From contig DATLNJ010000145.1 in the NCBI GenBank assembly GCA_035536815.1, forward strand, positions 24,231 to 88,230: a DNA stretch of 64,000 bases. Reading direction: 5' to 3'. The notes beneath the pieces were generated by a model, which was given only the letters and a program-made list of their open reading frames with translations, did no database searches and was not told the DNA's origin. Each line of letters begins with the position of its first letter. The first letter of the stretch is position 1. This DNA comes from Frankiaceae bacterium. GTDB lineage: Bacteria; Actinomycetota; Actinomycetes; BP-191. Below are positions 18,533 through 28,809 of this stretch, piece after piece. The position numbers were made by a program, and so were the translations under genes.

Positions 18533-18993
18533 GTGCCCCGCGCGCTCCCCGCCGTCGCCGTCGCGGCGGTGTTCCTCGTGCCGCTGTTGCGGGAGAACGC
18601 CCGGTCGATGCGGCTCCCGAACCTGCTCACGCTGGGCGGGTCCGCCGCGGTGGCGTTCACGCTCGTCGTCCCTGCCGCGGGGACGCGCGACGGCGCACCG
18701 GTCGACGCGCTCGTCGGCGGGCTGGCCGGCGGGCCGCGCTGTACGGGCTGCTCTTCGCGTGGCTGTTCGCGCAGCCGGCCGGCCTCGGGTTCGGGACCGC
18801 GAAGGCCGGGCTCCTCGTGGGACTCGCCGCGGGCGCCCTTGGCCTCGTGCCGTGGGTGGTCGCCGTCGCGACGTTGCTGCTGGCCATCGGCGGAAGCGTG
18901 GTGGCGCTGCGGCGGGCGGAGCGGACGCAGGTCCCGACCGGCCCGCCGCTGGCGCTCGCGCTGCTCGCCGCCGCGATCGCCGCCTTCGTGTGA
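18533..18993 (+). pseudogene. small multi-TM membrane protein apparently split by a +1/-1 frameshift near 18725
   Basis: Frame of ORF 18389..19087 gives TM-like LPAVAVAAVFLVPLL...SAAVAFTLVVPAAG up to about 18725. Frame of ORF 18406..18993 then gives TM-like AALYGLLFAWLF...GLLVGLAAGALGLVPWVVAVATLLLAIGGSVVAL to its stop. Each frame is Arg-rich noise outside these parts. Confidence 0.35.
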
Positions 18994-19022
18994 CCTCCCG
19001 CGCCGCCGCTCGCGCTCCCGGC

Positions 19023-19193
19023 TCAGCAGGTCCCGGTGCAGTAGTAGTCCGGGCAGGCGGTCAGCGTATGCCGCAGGCAGTTCGTGACGTCCGCGGTGGC
19101 CGGGCAGCCGGTGCCGCCGACCACCTCGGCCAGCTCCGCCGACGTGAGCTCGGCCAGCGTCTCCTTGCGCAACCGCAGCGTGCGAACGGTCAT
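19023..19193 (-). CDS. double-glycine-leader peptide P3 (56 aa): MTVRTLRLRKETLAELTSAELAEVVGG-TGCPATADVTNCLRHTLTACPDYYCTGTC
   Basis: Hand-translated from the minus strand. SD-like GAGGTGA 4 nt upstream of ATG. Core has 6 Cys and 8 Thr. Confidence 0.6.
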   Translation of the reverse strand: MTVRTLRLRKETLAELTSAELAEVVGGTGCPATADVTNCLRHTLTACPDYYCTGTC

Positions 19194-19289
19194 CGGGTCA
19201 CCTCGCGTCCGTAGGGAGAACGACGCGTCGAGGCTACTGCGCCACCGTCGTCACCCACGCGGGCGCACGGCGCAGGCCGAGCGACCCGC

Positions 19290-19751
19290 TCAGGGGCTGA
19301 GATCGACCGAGGCGACCTGGGTCCCGACTGCCGGGTTCCACACCGCGTGCCCGATCGACTGCGCCACGGCGTTCGAACCCACGCCGGTGAACGTGAAGTT
19401 CGCGACGAACGTGCCGTCGCGGGTGCCGAACTTCTGGACGTACTCGCAGTAGTCCACGGTGTACCCCGAGCTGTACCAGCCGGTGCCGGTGAAGTACTGC
19501 CCGTCCCGCACGCCGTTGATGTCGAGCTGCCACTCACCCGTGATCTGGGTACCGACCTGCCGCTCGCCGTGCACGCACACCTTCAGCGAGTCGAAGCCGA
19601 CCAGCAACGTGATCTTGGACCGCGCGACGAGCCCGGGGCCGCGTTCGTCCGCCCCGGCGGTCCCGGACCCCGCGGCGAGGACGGTGATGACGACGGCAGC
19701 GGGCAGCGTTGCGCGCAGCGCACGCGAAAGCAGACGCACGGTGACGATCAC
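19290..19751 (-). CDS. secreted hypothetical protein (153 aa)
   Basis: Signal peptide MIVTVRLLSRALRATLPAAVVITVLAAGSGTAGA; beta-rich mature part with 2 Cys. Directly downstream of the sigma factor gene. Confidence 0.6.
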   Translation of the reverse strand: MIVTVRLLSRALRATLPAAVVITVLAAGSGTAGADERGPGLVARSKITLLVGFDSLKVCVHGERQVGTQITGEWQLDINGVRDGQYFTGTGWYSSGYTVDYCEYVQKFGTRDGTFVANFTFTGVGSNAVAQSIGHAVWNPAVGTQVASVDLSP

Positions 19752-19801
19752 TCCTTCGGGACTGGGTGTCGGAGCGTGGCGGTGACGCGGTGCTGTGCTG
19801 G

Positions 19802-20947
19802 CTAACGAGTGAGCGGGGGATCGACAACGGGGTCGTCGTGCCGGGTGCAGGTCACGACCGGTGCGAGCGGCTCGACGGCCGGGCAGACGCCGACGTAGGA
19901 CTGCATCACGCAGGGCAACGTGCTTCCCGGGAGGACGCAGATCTCGTCGCCCTTCGGGTCGTGACCGACGCAGTGGTCCTCGCCGACGCAGGCTCCCCCA
20001 GGCATCTCTTTCGGCAGCAGCGAGGGCGGGTCCTGCGTCGGAGGCGCCGAGACTCGCTTGCGCGGGGTCGCGCGCGCCAACTTGGGCGCCGGCTTCGTGA
20101 CGGGCGTCCGGAGCTCGGCGCGCTCCGGGCCGGCCACCGCCGCGACGGCGGTCGTGCCGGCCGGCGCGGCGGCCTCCGCGACGTACGGCGGCGCCACGGG
20201 GACGGCGGGCGCGTGCGCGACCGTCAGCACCAGCGCCGCGAGGACGACGAACGCCGGGGCGGTCGCCACCGGAGCGAGCAGCGACGGCTTGCGGAACCGG
20301 AACAGCGCCGCGATGCCGGAGACCTCGCGCAGCTCACGCCGCAACGACTCGCGGCCGCGCTGGACCAGGCCCTTGAGCGTCGTCGCGCTGACGCCCATCG
20401 CGTCCGCCGCCTCGGACTGGCGCAGCTCGGCGACGTCCACCAGCGCGAGCGCCCGCCGCTGGCTGTCCGGCAGCTGGCCGAACGCCCGGCGCACGTCGGC
20501 GTTGCGCAACTCCCGCAACGCCTCCTCCTCCGGGTCCTCGACCATCCGCGTGGTGCGGCGGTACACGGTCTCGAGCCAGCCGTCGTGCCGGACGCGCTCG
20601 CGCCGCCGCGCGTCGCTCAGCGCGCGCAACGCCGTCTTGTGCGCGTAGTTGTAGGCCGCGTACTCGGTGTCGAGCGTGTCGTACACCGGCATCAGCTTCA
20701 CGAACGCCGTCTGCACGACGTCGTCGACGTCGATGTCGGCCGGCAGGCCGCGACGCCGCGCGTCGGACCGCACCTCCCTGCGCAGGCCGTCGGAGGACGT
20801 TGCGACGAACGCCGCGAACGACCTCTTCCCGCTCAGGCTCGAACCCCCCGGCGCGACCACGGGCCGACCTCCTCGTCTTGGCACTGCATGCTGGGATGCA
20901 CGTAGTACGCACGAGATGGGTGGTTCGGGACATTTCGCCCGGGACAT
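19802..20947 (-). CDS. ECF sigma factor fused to a TM helix and Pro/Cys-rich extracytoplasmic C-terminal domain
   Basis: Sigma-70 region 2 (VVQTAFVKLMPVYDT...YAAYNYAHKTALRALSDARRRE) and region 4 HTH (LPDSQRRALALVDVAELRQSEAADAMGVSATTLKGLVQRGRESLRREL). Then TM (SLLAPVATAPAFVVLAALVLTVA), a Pro-rich linker and an 8-Cys C-terminal module. Start uncertain (ATG at 20947, or the upstream ATG at 21022). Confidence 0.65.
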   Translation of the reverse strand: MSRAKCPEPPISCVLRASQHAVPRRGGRPVVAPGGSSLSGKRSFAAFVATSSDGLRREVRSDARRRGLPADIDVDDVVQTAFVKLMPVYDTLDTEYAAYNYAHKTALRALSDARRRERVRHDGWLETVYRRTTRMVEDPEEEALRELRNADVRRAFGQLPDSQRRALALVDVAELRQSEAADAMGVSATTLKGLVQRGRESLRRELREVSGIAALFRFRKPSLLAPVATAPAFVVLAALVLTVAHAPAVPVAPPYVAEAAAPAGTTAVAAVAGPERAELRTPVTKPAPKLARATPRKRVSAPPTQDPPSLLPKEMPGGACVGEDHCVGHDPKGDEICVLPGSTLPCVMQSYVGVCPAVEPLAPVVTCTRHDDPVVDPPLTR

Positions 20948-21212
20948 CGGGTGGCCTTTGCACCGATCAGTCGCGCGTGGCGCGACTGTGCCGCGTGGTG
21001 GGCTCCTGCGCAAGCCCACCACGCGGCTCCCGTCTCCGCAGGCTACGGACGGGGAGGAGGCCGGCGACCCCTACAACCGCCGCCCTCCACTAGGTAAAGA
21101 CGCGCGAGCGCCCGGAACGGAACGGCCTCGCCCGAACTTTTTTTCGCGGGCCTCTCCGGGTCTCCGGCCGCTGCGGTTGGATCGGACCGACCGCGGCCAC
21201 CAGGGGGTCTGC

Positions 21213-21605
21213 ATGCTCGGCTTCTCGCACGTCAGCCTGTCCGTCCGCGACCGCGACCGGAGCGCGGCCTGGTACACGGAGCTGTTCGGGTTCGAGGTGT
21301 TCGAGCAGCTCGACGAGCCGGAGTACGTCGAGGCGGTGCTGCTGCACCGCGCCACCGGCACCATCCTCTGCCTCCAGCAGCACCGGTCGAACGCCGGGGA
21401 GCCGTTCGACCCGCGGCGTACCGGAGCCGACCACGTGGCGTTCCGGATCGGCTCGCGGGACGAGCTGGTCGCGTGGGAGGGCCGGCTGGCCGAGCGGGGA
21501 GTGCCGTTCACGCCCGTGGTGGACCGCCATTACGGCTCGGTGCTCTGCCTGCGCGACCCGGACGGCATCCAGCTCGAGCTGTTCTACCGGGAGCAGCACC
21601 CGTAG
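21213..21605 (+). CDS. VOC family protein (glyoxalase/bleomycin-resistance fold)
   Basis: 130 aa: MLGFSHVSLSVRDRDRSAAWYTELFGFEV...GADHVAFRIGSRDELVAWEGRL...RDPDGIQLELF. Confidence 0.75.
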   Translation: MLGFSHVSLSVRDRDRSAAWYTELFGFEVFEQLDEPEYVEAVLLHRATGTILCLQQHRSNAGEPFDPRRTGADHVAFRIGSRDELVAWEGRLAERGVPFTPVVDRHYGSVLCLRDPDGIQLELFYREQHP

Positions 21606-21613
21606 GGCGGCGG

Positions 21614-22456
21614 TCAGCGGCCGCGGCTGCGCTCGCCTTCCTCCCACGCCCGCTGGCGCAGCTGCTCGACGTTGAGCTCGGCTCGTTGCGCCTTCGTCCG
21701 CGCGTCGCGCACCGCCTTCGTCGCCTCGGCCAGCTCGGCCTTGACCTCCCGCAGCCGCACCTCGGCGTCGTGCAGGTCGGCCGCCCGCGCCTTCGCCTCG
21801 GCCGTCGCGGAGGCCAGCTCCTTCGCCAGCCGGTCGTCGCGCGTTGCCGGGGCCTTCTTCGCGGGTGTCTTGACGGGCTCCGGCGCGGGCTCGGGCTCGG
21901 CCTTCGCGGCCCTGGCGGGCTTCGTCGCCTTCGCCGTCTTCGCCGTCTTCGCGGGCTGCTCGCGGGGCGGCGGCGGCGTCCAGTCGCCGATCTCGCCGAA
22001 GCCGAACCCGGCAGCGGCCGCCGACCGCTCCTTGTCCAGCCGTCCGGCCCGCACCAGCTCCGCGACGTCGGGGTCGACGGTGGCCGCCTCCAGCGTCGCC
22101 GACACCGCCCCCGCCTGGGCCGGCGCCCGCTCCCCCAGCACGTCAGCCACGAGGCCGGCGACCGCCGCGACCGCGCGGCGGCGCTCCTCCGTCGCCGTGC
22201 GCAGCGCGCCGGCGTCGCCGCGCAGCGCGTTCTCCTGCGCCGCGCGCAGCCGGTCGCCGGCGTCGAGCAGCGCGGTGACCTCGTCCGGGTGCTCGCGGGC
22301 GACGACGTTGATGCCGTACGCCGCCACCGTCGGCCGCCGCAGCCTCGCGACCTGGGCGGCCGCCGCCTTGTCGGTCTTCCTCAGCTCACGCACGATCGCG
22401 TCGCGGGCCGGCACGAACTCCTCTGGGTCGATGCCGTAGAGGTCGTCGGGCGTCAC
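21614..22456 (-). CDS. hypothetical protein with Lys/Ala/Pro-rich linker and C-terminal coiled coil
   Basis: 280-aa C-terminal part of ORF 21614..23209. GTG start overlapping the VIT gene stop (GTGA). Rest of the ORF overlaps the VIT gene in another frame and is rejected. Confidence 0.5.
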   Translation of the reverse strand: MTPDDLYGIDPEEFVPARDAIVRELRKTDKAAAAQVARLRRPTVAAYGINVVAREHPDEVTALLDAGDRLRAAQENALRGDAGALRTATEERRRAVAAVAGLVADVLGERAPAQAGAVSATLEAATVDPDVAELVRAGRLDKERSAAAAGFGFGEIGDWTPPPPREQPAKTAKTAKATKPARAAKAEPEPAPEPVKTPAKKAPATRDDRLAKELASATAEAKARAADLHDAEVRLREVKAELAEATKAVRDARTKAQRAELNVEQLRQRAWEEGERSRGR

Positions 22457-23172
22457 GTGAGGCCGACGCCGACGACGTTGCCGACGGCGTACGTCACCGC
22501 CGCGGCGCCGGCGCCGAGCGCGAGCTGCCGGAGCGCGGTCAGCGGCCACGGCCGTGCGGTCATCCGCCCGACCACCGCGCCGATGACGAACAGCGCCAGC
22601 CCGCTGAACACCGCCGCCAGCACGAACGGCCGCCCCAGGTCGAACGCGTACGCCAGCACCGGCACCATCGCCCCGAGCGCGAACGCCACGAACGACGAGA
22701 TGGCGGCCACCCACGGCGACGGCAGGTTGTCGGGGTCGATGCCGAGTTCCTCGCGCGCGTGGATGCGCCAGAGCACCTCGGGGTCGCGGCCGAACTGCCG
22801 CGCCACCTCGCGCGCCAGGTCGGCGTCGAGGCCGCGGCTGCGGTAGATGCCGGCCAGCTCGGCCTCCTCCGCCTCCGGGGCGCGCGCCAGCTCGCGGCGT
22901 TCGATGGCGATCTCGGCGTGCGCCAGCTCGGACTGCGAGCGGACGGAGTTCCACTCGCCGGTGGCCATCGAGAACGCGCCGGCGAACAGCCCGGCGAGCC
23001 CGGCCAGCAGCACGAACTGGCTCGACACGTCGGCGCCGGCCACGCCCATGACGAGCGCGAAGTTGGAGACCAGTCCGTCGGTCACGCCGAACAGCGCGGG
23101 CCGCAGCCAGCCGCCGGTGATGTTGCGGTGGCGTACGTGGTGGTCGACGCGCTGCGCGGCCGGAGCGCCCAT
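22453..23172 (-). CDS. VIT1/CCC1 family membrane protein (iron/manganese transporter homolog)
   Basis: GVTDGLVSNFALVMGVAG ... C-terminal TM bundle ISSFVAFALGAMVPVLAYAF...VFSGLALFVIGAVVGRMT. Confidence 0.8.
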   Translation of the reverse strand: MGAPAAQRVDHHVRHRNITGGWLRPALFGVTDGLVSNFALVMGVAGADVSSQFVLLAGLAGLFAGAFSMATGEWNSVRSQSELAHAEIAIERRELARAPEAEEAELAGIYRSRGLDADLAREVARQFGRDPEVLWRIHAREELGIDPDNLPSPWVAAISSFVAFALGAMVPVLAYAFDLGRPFVLAAVFSGLALFVIGAVVGRMTARPWPLTALRQLALGAGAAAVTYAVGNVVGVGLT

Positions 23173-23181
23173 AGGACGACC

Positions 23182-24417
23182 CTACGACTTGAAGACGTAC
23201 TTCCCCCACGTGAGGCCCCGGTCGCGGGTGTAGTGGATCGCGCCGAAGCCGAGTGCCCAGCCGTTCGTGAAGTCGATCGTCTCGACCTTGCCGAAGCCGA
23301 AGTCACCGGTCGACGGGACGACCGTCCGCCAGGTGATGCCGCCGTCGTTCGTCCGCAGCAAGCCCTCGGTCGTCGCCAGGACGCCGAGCTGCCGCGCGCC
23401 GAACGCCTGCAGGTCGGTCGGTGCGGCGTTCTTCGGCCCGGCGTTCTTGCTGCCCCAGTGCGAGCCGGCGTCGGACGAGTGGTAGACGGACGAGACCTGC
23501 GTGTCCGACTCGGCGTCGCTCGCGCAGACCAGCCAGAGGTGCTGCGTGTCGTACCGCGAGAGCCGCTGGCGGTAATTGCCCTGCGTCTTGCACGGGTTGG
23601 CGACCTGCTGCCACGTCTTGCCGCCGTCGGTGGTGCGGAGGATCTCGCTGTCGCCGTTGCCCCAGCCCGACACCCAGCCGTGCGCCGAGCCCGCGCGGAC
23701 CAGCTGGTACGTCTTCTCGTTGGCGTCGGTGCCGGGGATCACCGAGCGCAGCGTGAACGAGTCCGACGACGACGGCGCGGTCCACAGCGACAGCTTGCAG
23801 CCACCCGCCTCGCACGACGAGACGACCAGCCAGGTCGTGCCCCTCGTCTGCTCCAGCGCGACGACGTCGCCGTCGGTGGGGATCTGCTTCCACGACTGGC
23901 CGCCGTTGTGCGTGGCGTACAGCGTCGGGCCGAAGATCCAGCCGTCGTTCTGGTTGCCGAAGCGGATCGCACGGACCGAGTCGCCGTCGTCCTCGCCGCT
24001 CTTGACGTTCTTGAGGGCGGGCAGCGCGTGCCAGGTGCGGCCGCCGTTCGTCGTGCGCGCGACCTTCGCGGTGCACGGCGCGCTGCCGCAGTCGCGGCCG
24101 AGAGCCCAGCCGAAGTTCGCGCCGATGAACGAGAAGTCCGCCGGCGAGAACGCCGTCGGCGCCGGGCCGCCCGCCTGCGGCAGCCCGGTCTTCGCCGGGG
24201 ACGGCGTGGCGGTCGGCGACGGCTTGGCCGTGGGCTTCGTGGTCGGCTTCTTGGTCGGGGTGGTCGTCACCGTCGGCGACGCGGTGGCGGTCGCCGACTC
24301 CGACGGCGCGGACGGTTCGGGGGCCGCACCCGGGTCGCCGCCGTTGCAGGCGGTGAGAGTGAGCGTGAGTACGACGCAGGGCAGCACGAGACGACGCGTG
24401 GGCATGCGGGCGATCAT
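23182..24417 (-). CDS. lipoprotein with BNR/Ycf48-like beta-propeller domain
   Basis: Lipobox LTLTAC; Thr/Pro/Lys-rich linker; repeated TxDGGxTW motifs (TTNGGRTW, THNGGQSW, TTDGGKTW, TNDGGITW, TRDRGLTW). Confidence 0.7.
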   Translation of the reverse strand: MIARMPTRRLVLPCVVLTLTLTACNGGDPGAAPEPSAPSESATATASPTVTTTPTKKPTTKPTAKPSPTATPSPAKTGLPQAGGPAPTAFSPADFSFIGANFGWALGRDCGSAPCTAKVARTTNGGRTWHALPALKNVKSGEDDGDSVRAIRFGNQNDGWIFGPTLYATHNGGQSWKQIPTDGDVVALEQTRGTTWLVVSSCEAGGCKLSLWTAPSSSDSFTLRSVIPGTDANEKTYQLVRAGSAHGWVSGWGNGDSEILRTTDGGKTWQQVANPCKTQGNYRQRLSRYDTQHLWLVCASDAESDTQVSSVYHSSDAGSHWGSKNAGPKNAAPTDLQAFGARQLGVLATTEGLLRTNDGGITWRTVVPSTGDFGFGKVETIDFTNGWALGFGAIHYTRDRGLTWGKYVFKS

Positions 24418-24485
24418 GCCCGGGTGGGCCTCCGCTGGCGAGCGCCGCGGCCTACGCGGCCGGTGTGTCGTCGGCCACAACGCCG

Positions 24486-25246
24486 TCAGCGGGCGCGGCA
24501 GCCGGCGGCGAGGTCGGCGGCCAGCGCGGCGACGCCCGCGGCGCCGCCGTCCATCGCCGCGCGGACGAACGCCGAGCCGACGATGACGCCGTCGGCGTAC
24601 GCCGCCACCTCGGCCGCCTGCGCGCCGTTCGAGACGCCGAGCCCGACGGCGACCGGCAGGTCGGTCGCCGCGCGCACCCGCGCGACCAGCGCCGGCGCCA
24701 CGTCGGACACGGCGTCGCGCGCGCCGGTGACGCCCATGGTGGAGGCGGCGTAGACGAAGCCGCGGTTCGTCGCGGCGACGACACCGATCCGCTCGGCGGT
24801 GGACGACGGCGCGACGAGGAAGATCGGGTCGAGGCCGTGCGTCGCCGTGGCGGCCAGCCAGTCGCCGGCTTCCTCGGGGATGAGGTCAGGCGTGATGGCG
24901 CCCGCTCCCCCGGCGGCGGCCAGGTCGCGGGCGAACGCGCCGGCGCCGTACCGCTCGACCGGGTTCCAGTACGTCATGACGACCGTCGGCACCCCGAGCG
25001 CGGCGACCGCCTCGACAGTGGTGAGGACGTCGCGCGTCGTGGTGCGAGCCTCCAGCGCGCGCTGCACCGCCGCTTGGATGACCGGACCGTCCATCAACGG
25101 GTCGGAGTAGGGCAGCCCGACCTCGACGACGTCGGCGCCGTTGTCGACCATCGCCTCGAACGTGTCGGCAGGGGCGAACCCGGCGGGCAGGTAGCCGACC
25201 AGCAGGGCGCGGTCGCCGCGGTCCGCGAACGCCTGGGACAGCCCGG

Positions 25247-25250
<4 letters not shown>
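24486..25250 (-). CDS. trpA: tryptophan synthase alpha subunit
   Basis: [29 protein letters not shown]...; GTG start overlapping trpB stop (GTGA); ATG at 25265 is an alternative. Confidence 0.9.
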
Positions 25251-26427
<1,177 letters not shown>

Positions 26428-26431
<4 letters not shown>

Positions 26432-27240
26432 TGGTTGAACCGGGAGACGGTGGGGTGCTTGCCGGCCGCGACCAGCTCGGCGACGGCGTGCCGCGGGTCG
26501 CGGCCGGTGACGACGCCCTCCCCGACGAGTACGGCGTCCGCCCCGGCGTCGGCATACGCGCGCAGGTCGTGCACGCCGCGTACGCCGCTCTCGGCGACCT
26601 TGACGATGCCGCTCGGGATCTTGCACGACAGCCGGGCGAAGATGCCGCGGTCCACGTCGAGCGTCTTGAGGTTGCGGGCGTTGACGCCGATGACGTGCGC
26701 GCCCGCGTCGAGCGCGCGGGCCAGCTCCTCCTCGTCGTGCACCTCGACCAGCGGCGTCATGCCGAGCGACTCGATGCGTTCCACGAAGCTCACCAGCGCC
26801 GTCTGCTCGACGGCCGCGACGACCAGCAGCACCAGGTCGGCACCGTGCGCCCGCGCCTCCCAGATCTGGTACGGCGACACGACGAAGTCCTTGCGCAGGA
26901 TCGGCACGTCGATGGCGCGGCGCACGGCGTCGAGGTCGTCCAGCGAACCGCCGAAGCGGCGTTGCTCGGTCAGCACGCTCACGACCGACGCGCCGCCCTG
27001 GGCGTACGCGGTCGCCAGCGCGGCCGGGTCCTCGATCTCGGCGAGCGCGCCCTTCGACGGCGAACGCCGCTTCACCTCGGCGATCACGCAGACGCCCGGC
27101 CGCTTGAGCGCGGCCACCGCGTCGAGCGCGGGCGGCACGCGCGCGGCCAGCTCCTTGAGCCTGTCCATGGGCGTGCCGGCCTCGCGCGCGGCGAGGTCCT
27201 CGCGGACACCCACCAGGATCTCGTCGAGGACCGTCGTCAC
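26428..27240 (-). CDS. trpC: indole-3-glycerol-phosphate synthase
   Basis: [49 protein letters not shown] motifs. Confidence 0.9.
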
Positions 27241-27351
27241 CCACGCATCGTAGCGACGGGACGCAGCGAACCCCTCTGGACCCGTCCGCCGCGGGCGGCC
27301 ACACTGCGTCGCACCCGGCGCCCCGCCGGGTCCATAGAGGGGGTCTCTCGT

Positions 27352-28242
27352 ATGCATCACCGACGACTTGCCGCGCTGGCGGCTGCCTGCGTGCTCGCGG
27401 CCCTGGTGCCCGCGACCGCGACGCCGCGGGCCGGCGACGCGCACTGGCTGACACCGGACCTGATCGCCCGCGTGGACGCGGCCGGAGCGCGCGGCGTGCC
27501 GCTCCCCGCCGACGTGGCCGGTGACGCGGCGACGGCGGCGATCGCGTTCGCGGGCATCCGGCCGGGCACGCTGCTCCTGTTCGTCAGGCGCACGGGCACC
27601 CGCGACGTGGAGGTCTCCAACTGCACCGCGAACTTCGTCTTCCAGGAGACCGCCGGCGCGTTCGACCCGTCGCAGCAGCTCTACCTCGGCACCGCAGGCC
27701 ACTGCATCGACGCGACCGGCGAGGCCGTGACCGCCGTGGCCGTCGCGCCCGGCACGACGACGCCCGTCGTCATCACCGTCGGCACGGTGGTGCTCACCAC
27801 CCCGGCCCCCGACGACTTCGCGCTCATCGCAATCGACCCAGCGCTCAACTCGTGGGTGAGCCCGTCGGTCGCGTACTGGGGCGGGCCGACCGGCGTGTAC
27901 GGCGGCAGCGCCGGCGGGATCGGCACGATGGTCGGATACGGCGGTTACGCGGGCGGCGCCGTACCGCGCGCGGGCGAGCTCACGGTCTACAACAGCACCC
28001 AATTCCGGCTGAGGTACCCCGGCGCCGTCGGCGACTCCGGAGGCCCGGTGCTCACCGCGGAGGGCGAGGCGGTCGGCGAGATCTCGGAGTTCGAAGACGG
28101 GACCGATCCGCTTGGTCCGCGCTTGGTCGGCGTGGGGTCGGTCGGCCCGTCGCTGCCGCGAATGCTGGCACTGTCCGGCAAGGCGCTCTCGACGTGCCCG
28201 ACGCGCACGCCGTGGCCGCTCGCCGGGTGCCCACCGCTGTAA
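27352..28242 (+). CDS. secreted trypsin/chymotrypsin-fold serine protease (S1)
   Basis: Signal peptide [23 protein letters not shown]; TAGHCID (His), GDSGGPV (Ser) motifs. Inserted between trpC and the Trp-region membrane gene on the opposite strand. Confidence 0.75.
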   Translation: MHHRRLAALAAACVLAALVPATATPRAGDAHWLTPDLIARVDAAGARGVPLPADVAGDAATAAIAFAGIRPGTLLLFVRRTGTRDVEVSNCTANFVFQETAGAFDPSQQLYLGTAGHCIDATGEAVTAVAVAPGTTTPVVITVGTVVLTTPAPDDFALIAIDPALNSWVSPSVAYWGGPTGVYGGSAGGIGTMVGYGGYAGGAVPRAGELTVYNSTQFRLRYPGAVGDSGGPVLTAEGEAVGEISEFEDGTDPLGPRLVGVGSVGPSLPRMLALSGKALSTCPTRTPWPLAGCPPL

Positions 28243-28275
28243 CCGCTCGGGGACCCGGCGGCGGAACGTCCCGCC

Positions 28276-28809
28276 CTACGCCGTCGGGTCCTCGCCGCGG
28301 TCCTGCGCGGCCCACAAGTCGGCGTCCGTCACTGGCCGGTCGGCGGGGGCGTCGTACTTCGCGGACAGCGCCGCCCAGCGCGGGCCGCGGACGGCGACGA
28401 GCAGCCCGGTCAGCGCGAGCAGCGCACCCGCGGCGACCGCGACGTACGGCCACACCGTCAGGTCCACGGCGGTCGGCGTGGTCGGGATGCGGCGCAGCAC
28501 GGTGTCCTCCAGCACCCGCACGTTGACCTCGCGGATGGCCCGCACCGACAGCGCGGCCACCGTCACGCCGGAGGCGAGCAACGCGCCCCCGACCGGGATC
28601 CGCCCGAGCCGCCGGGTCGCCGCGACGGCGACGACGCCGGCCAGCGCGACCAGCCCCCAAACCGTCAGCGACCCGGCGAGCGAGGACCCGGTCACGCCGC
28701 GCGGCCGGTCCGGGTACGCGACCCGCGCCCACTCGCGGCCGTTCGCCATGAGGATCAGGAACCCCGAGAGCAGGCAGCCGAGCAACGCCGCGCGCAGCCC
28801 GCGCGTCAC
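28276..28809 (-). CDS. Trp-biosynthesis-associated membrane protein (conserved actinobacterial Trp-operon membrane protein)
   Basis: 177-aa 4-TM protein immediately after trpE (GTGA overlap); position and architecture match the TIGR02234-type protein. Confidence 0.65.
   Translation of the reverse strand: MTRGLRAALLGCLLSGFLILMANGREWARVAYPDRPRGVTGSSLAGSLTVWGLVALAGVVAVAATRRLGRIPVGGALLASGVTVAALSVRAIREVNVRVLEDTVLRRIPTTPTAVDLTVWPYVAVAAGALLALTGLLVAVRGPRWAALSAKYDAPADRPVTDADLWAAQDRGEDPTA

Noticed and set aside
21614-23209. Full 531-aa extent of ORF 21614..23209, plus the N-terminal extensions of 33608..35185, 35702..37342, 25247..27454, 26428..28002 and 44924..46252
   Set aside because: In each case only the C-terminal part matches a known family and begins at a GTG/ATG overlapping the upstream gene's stop. 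The N-terminal extension overlaps a better-supported gene in another frame and is Arg-rich.
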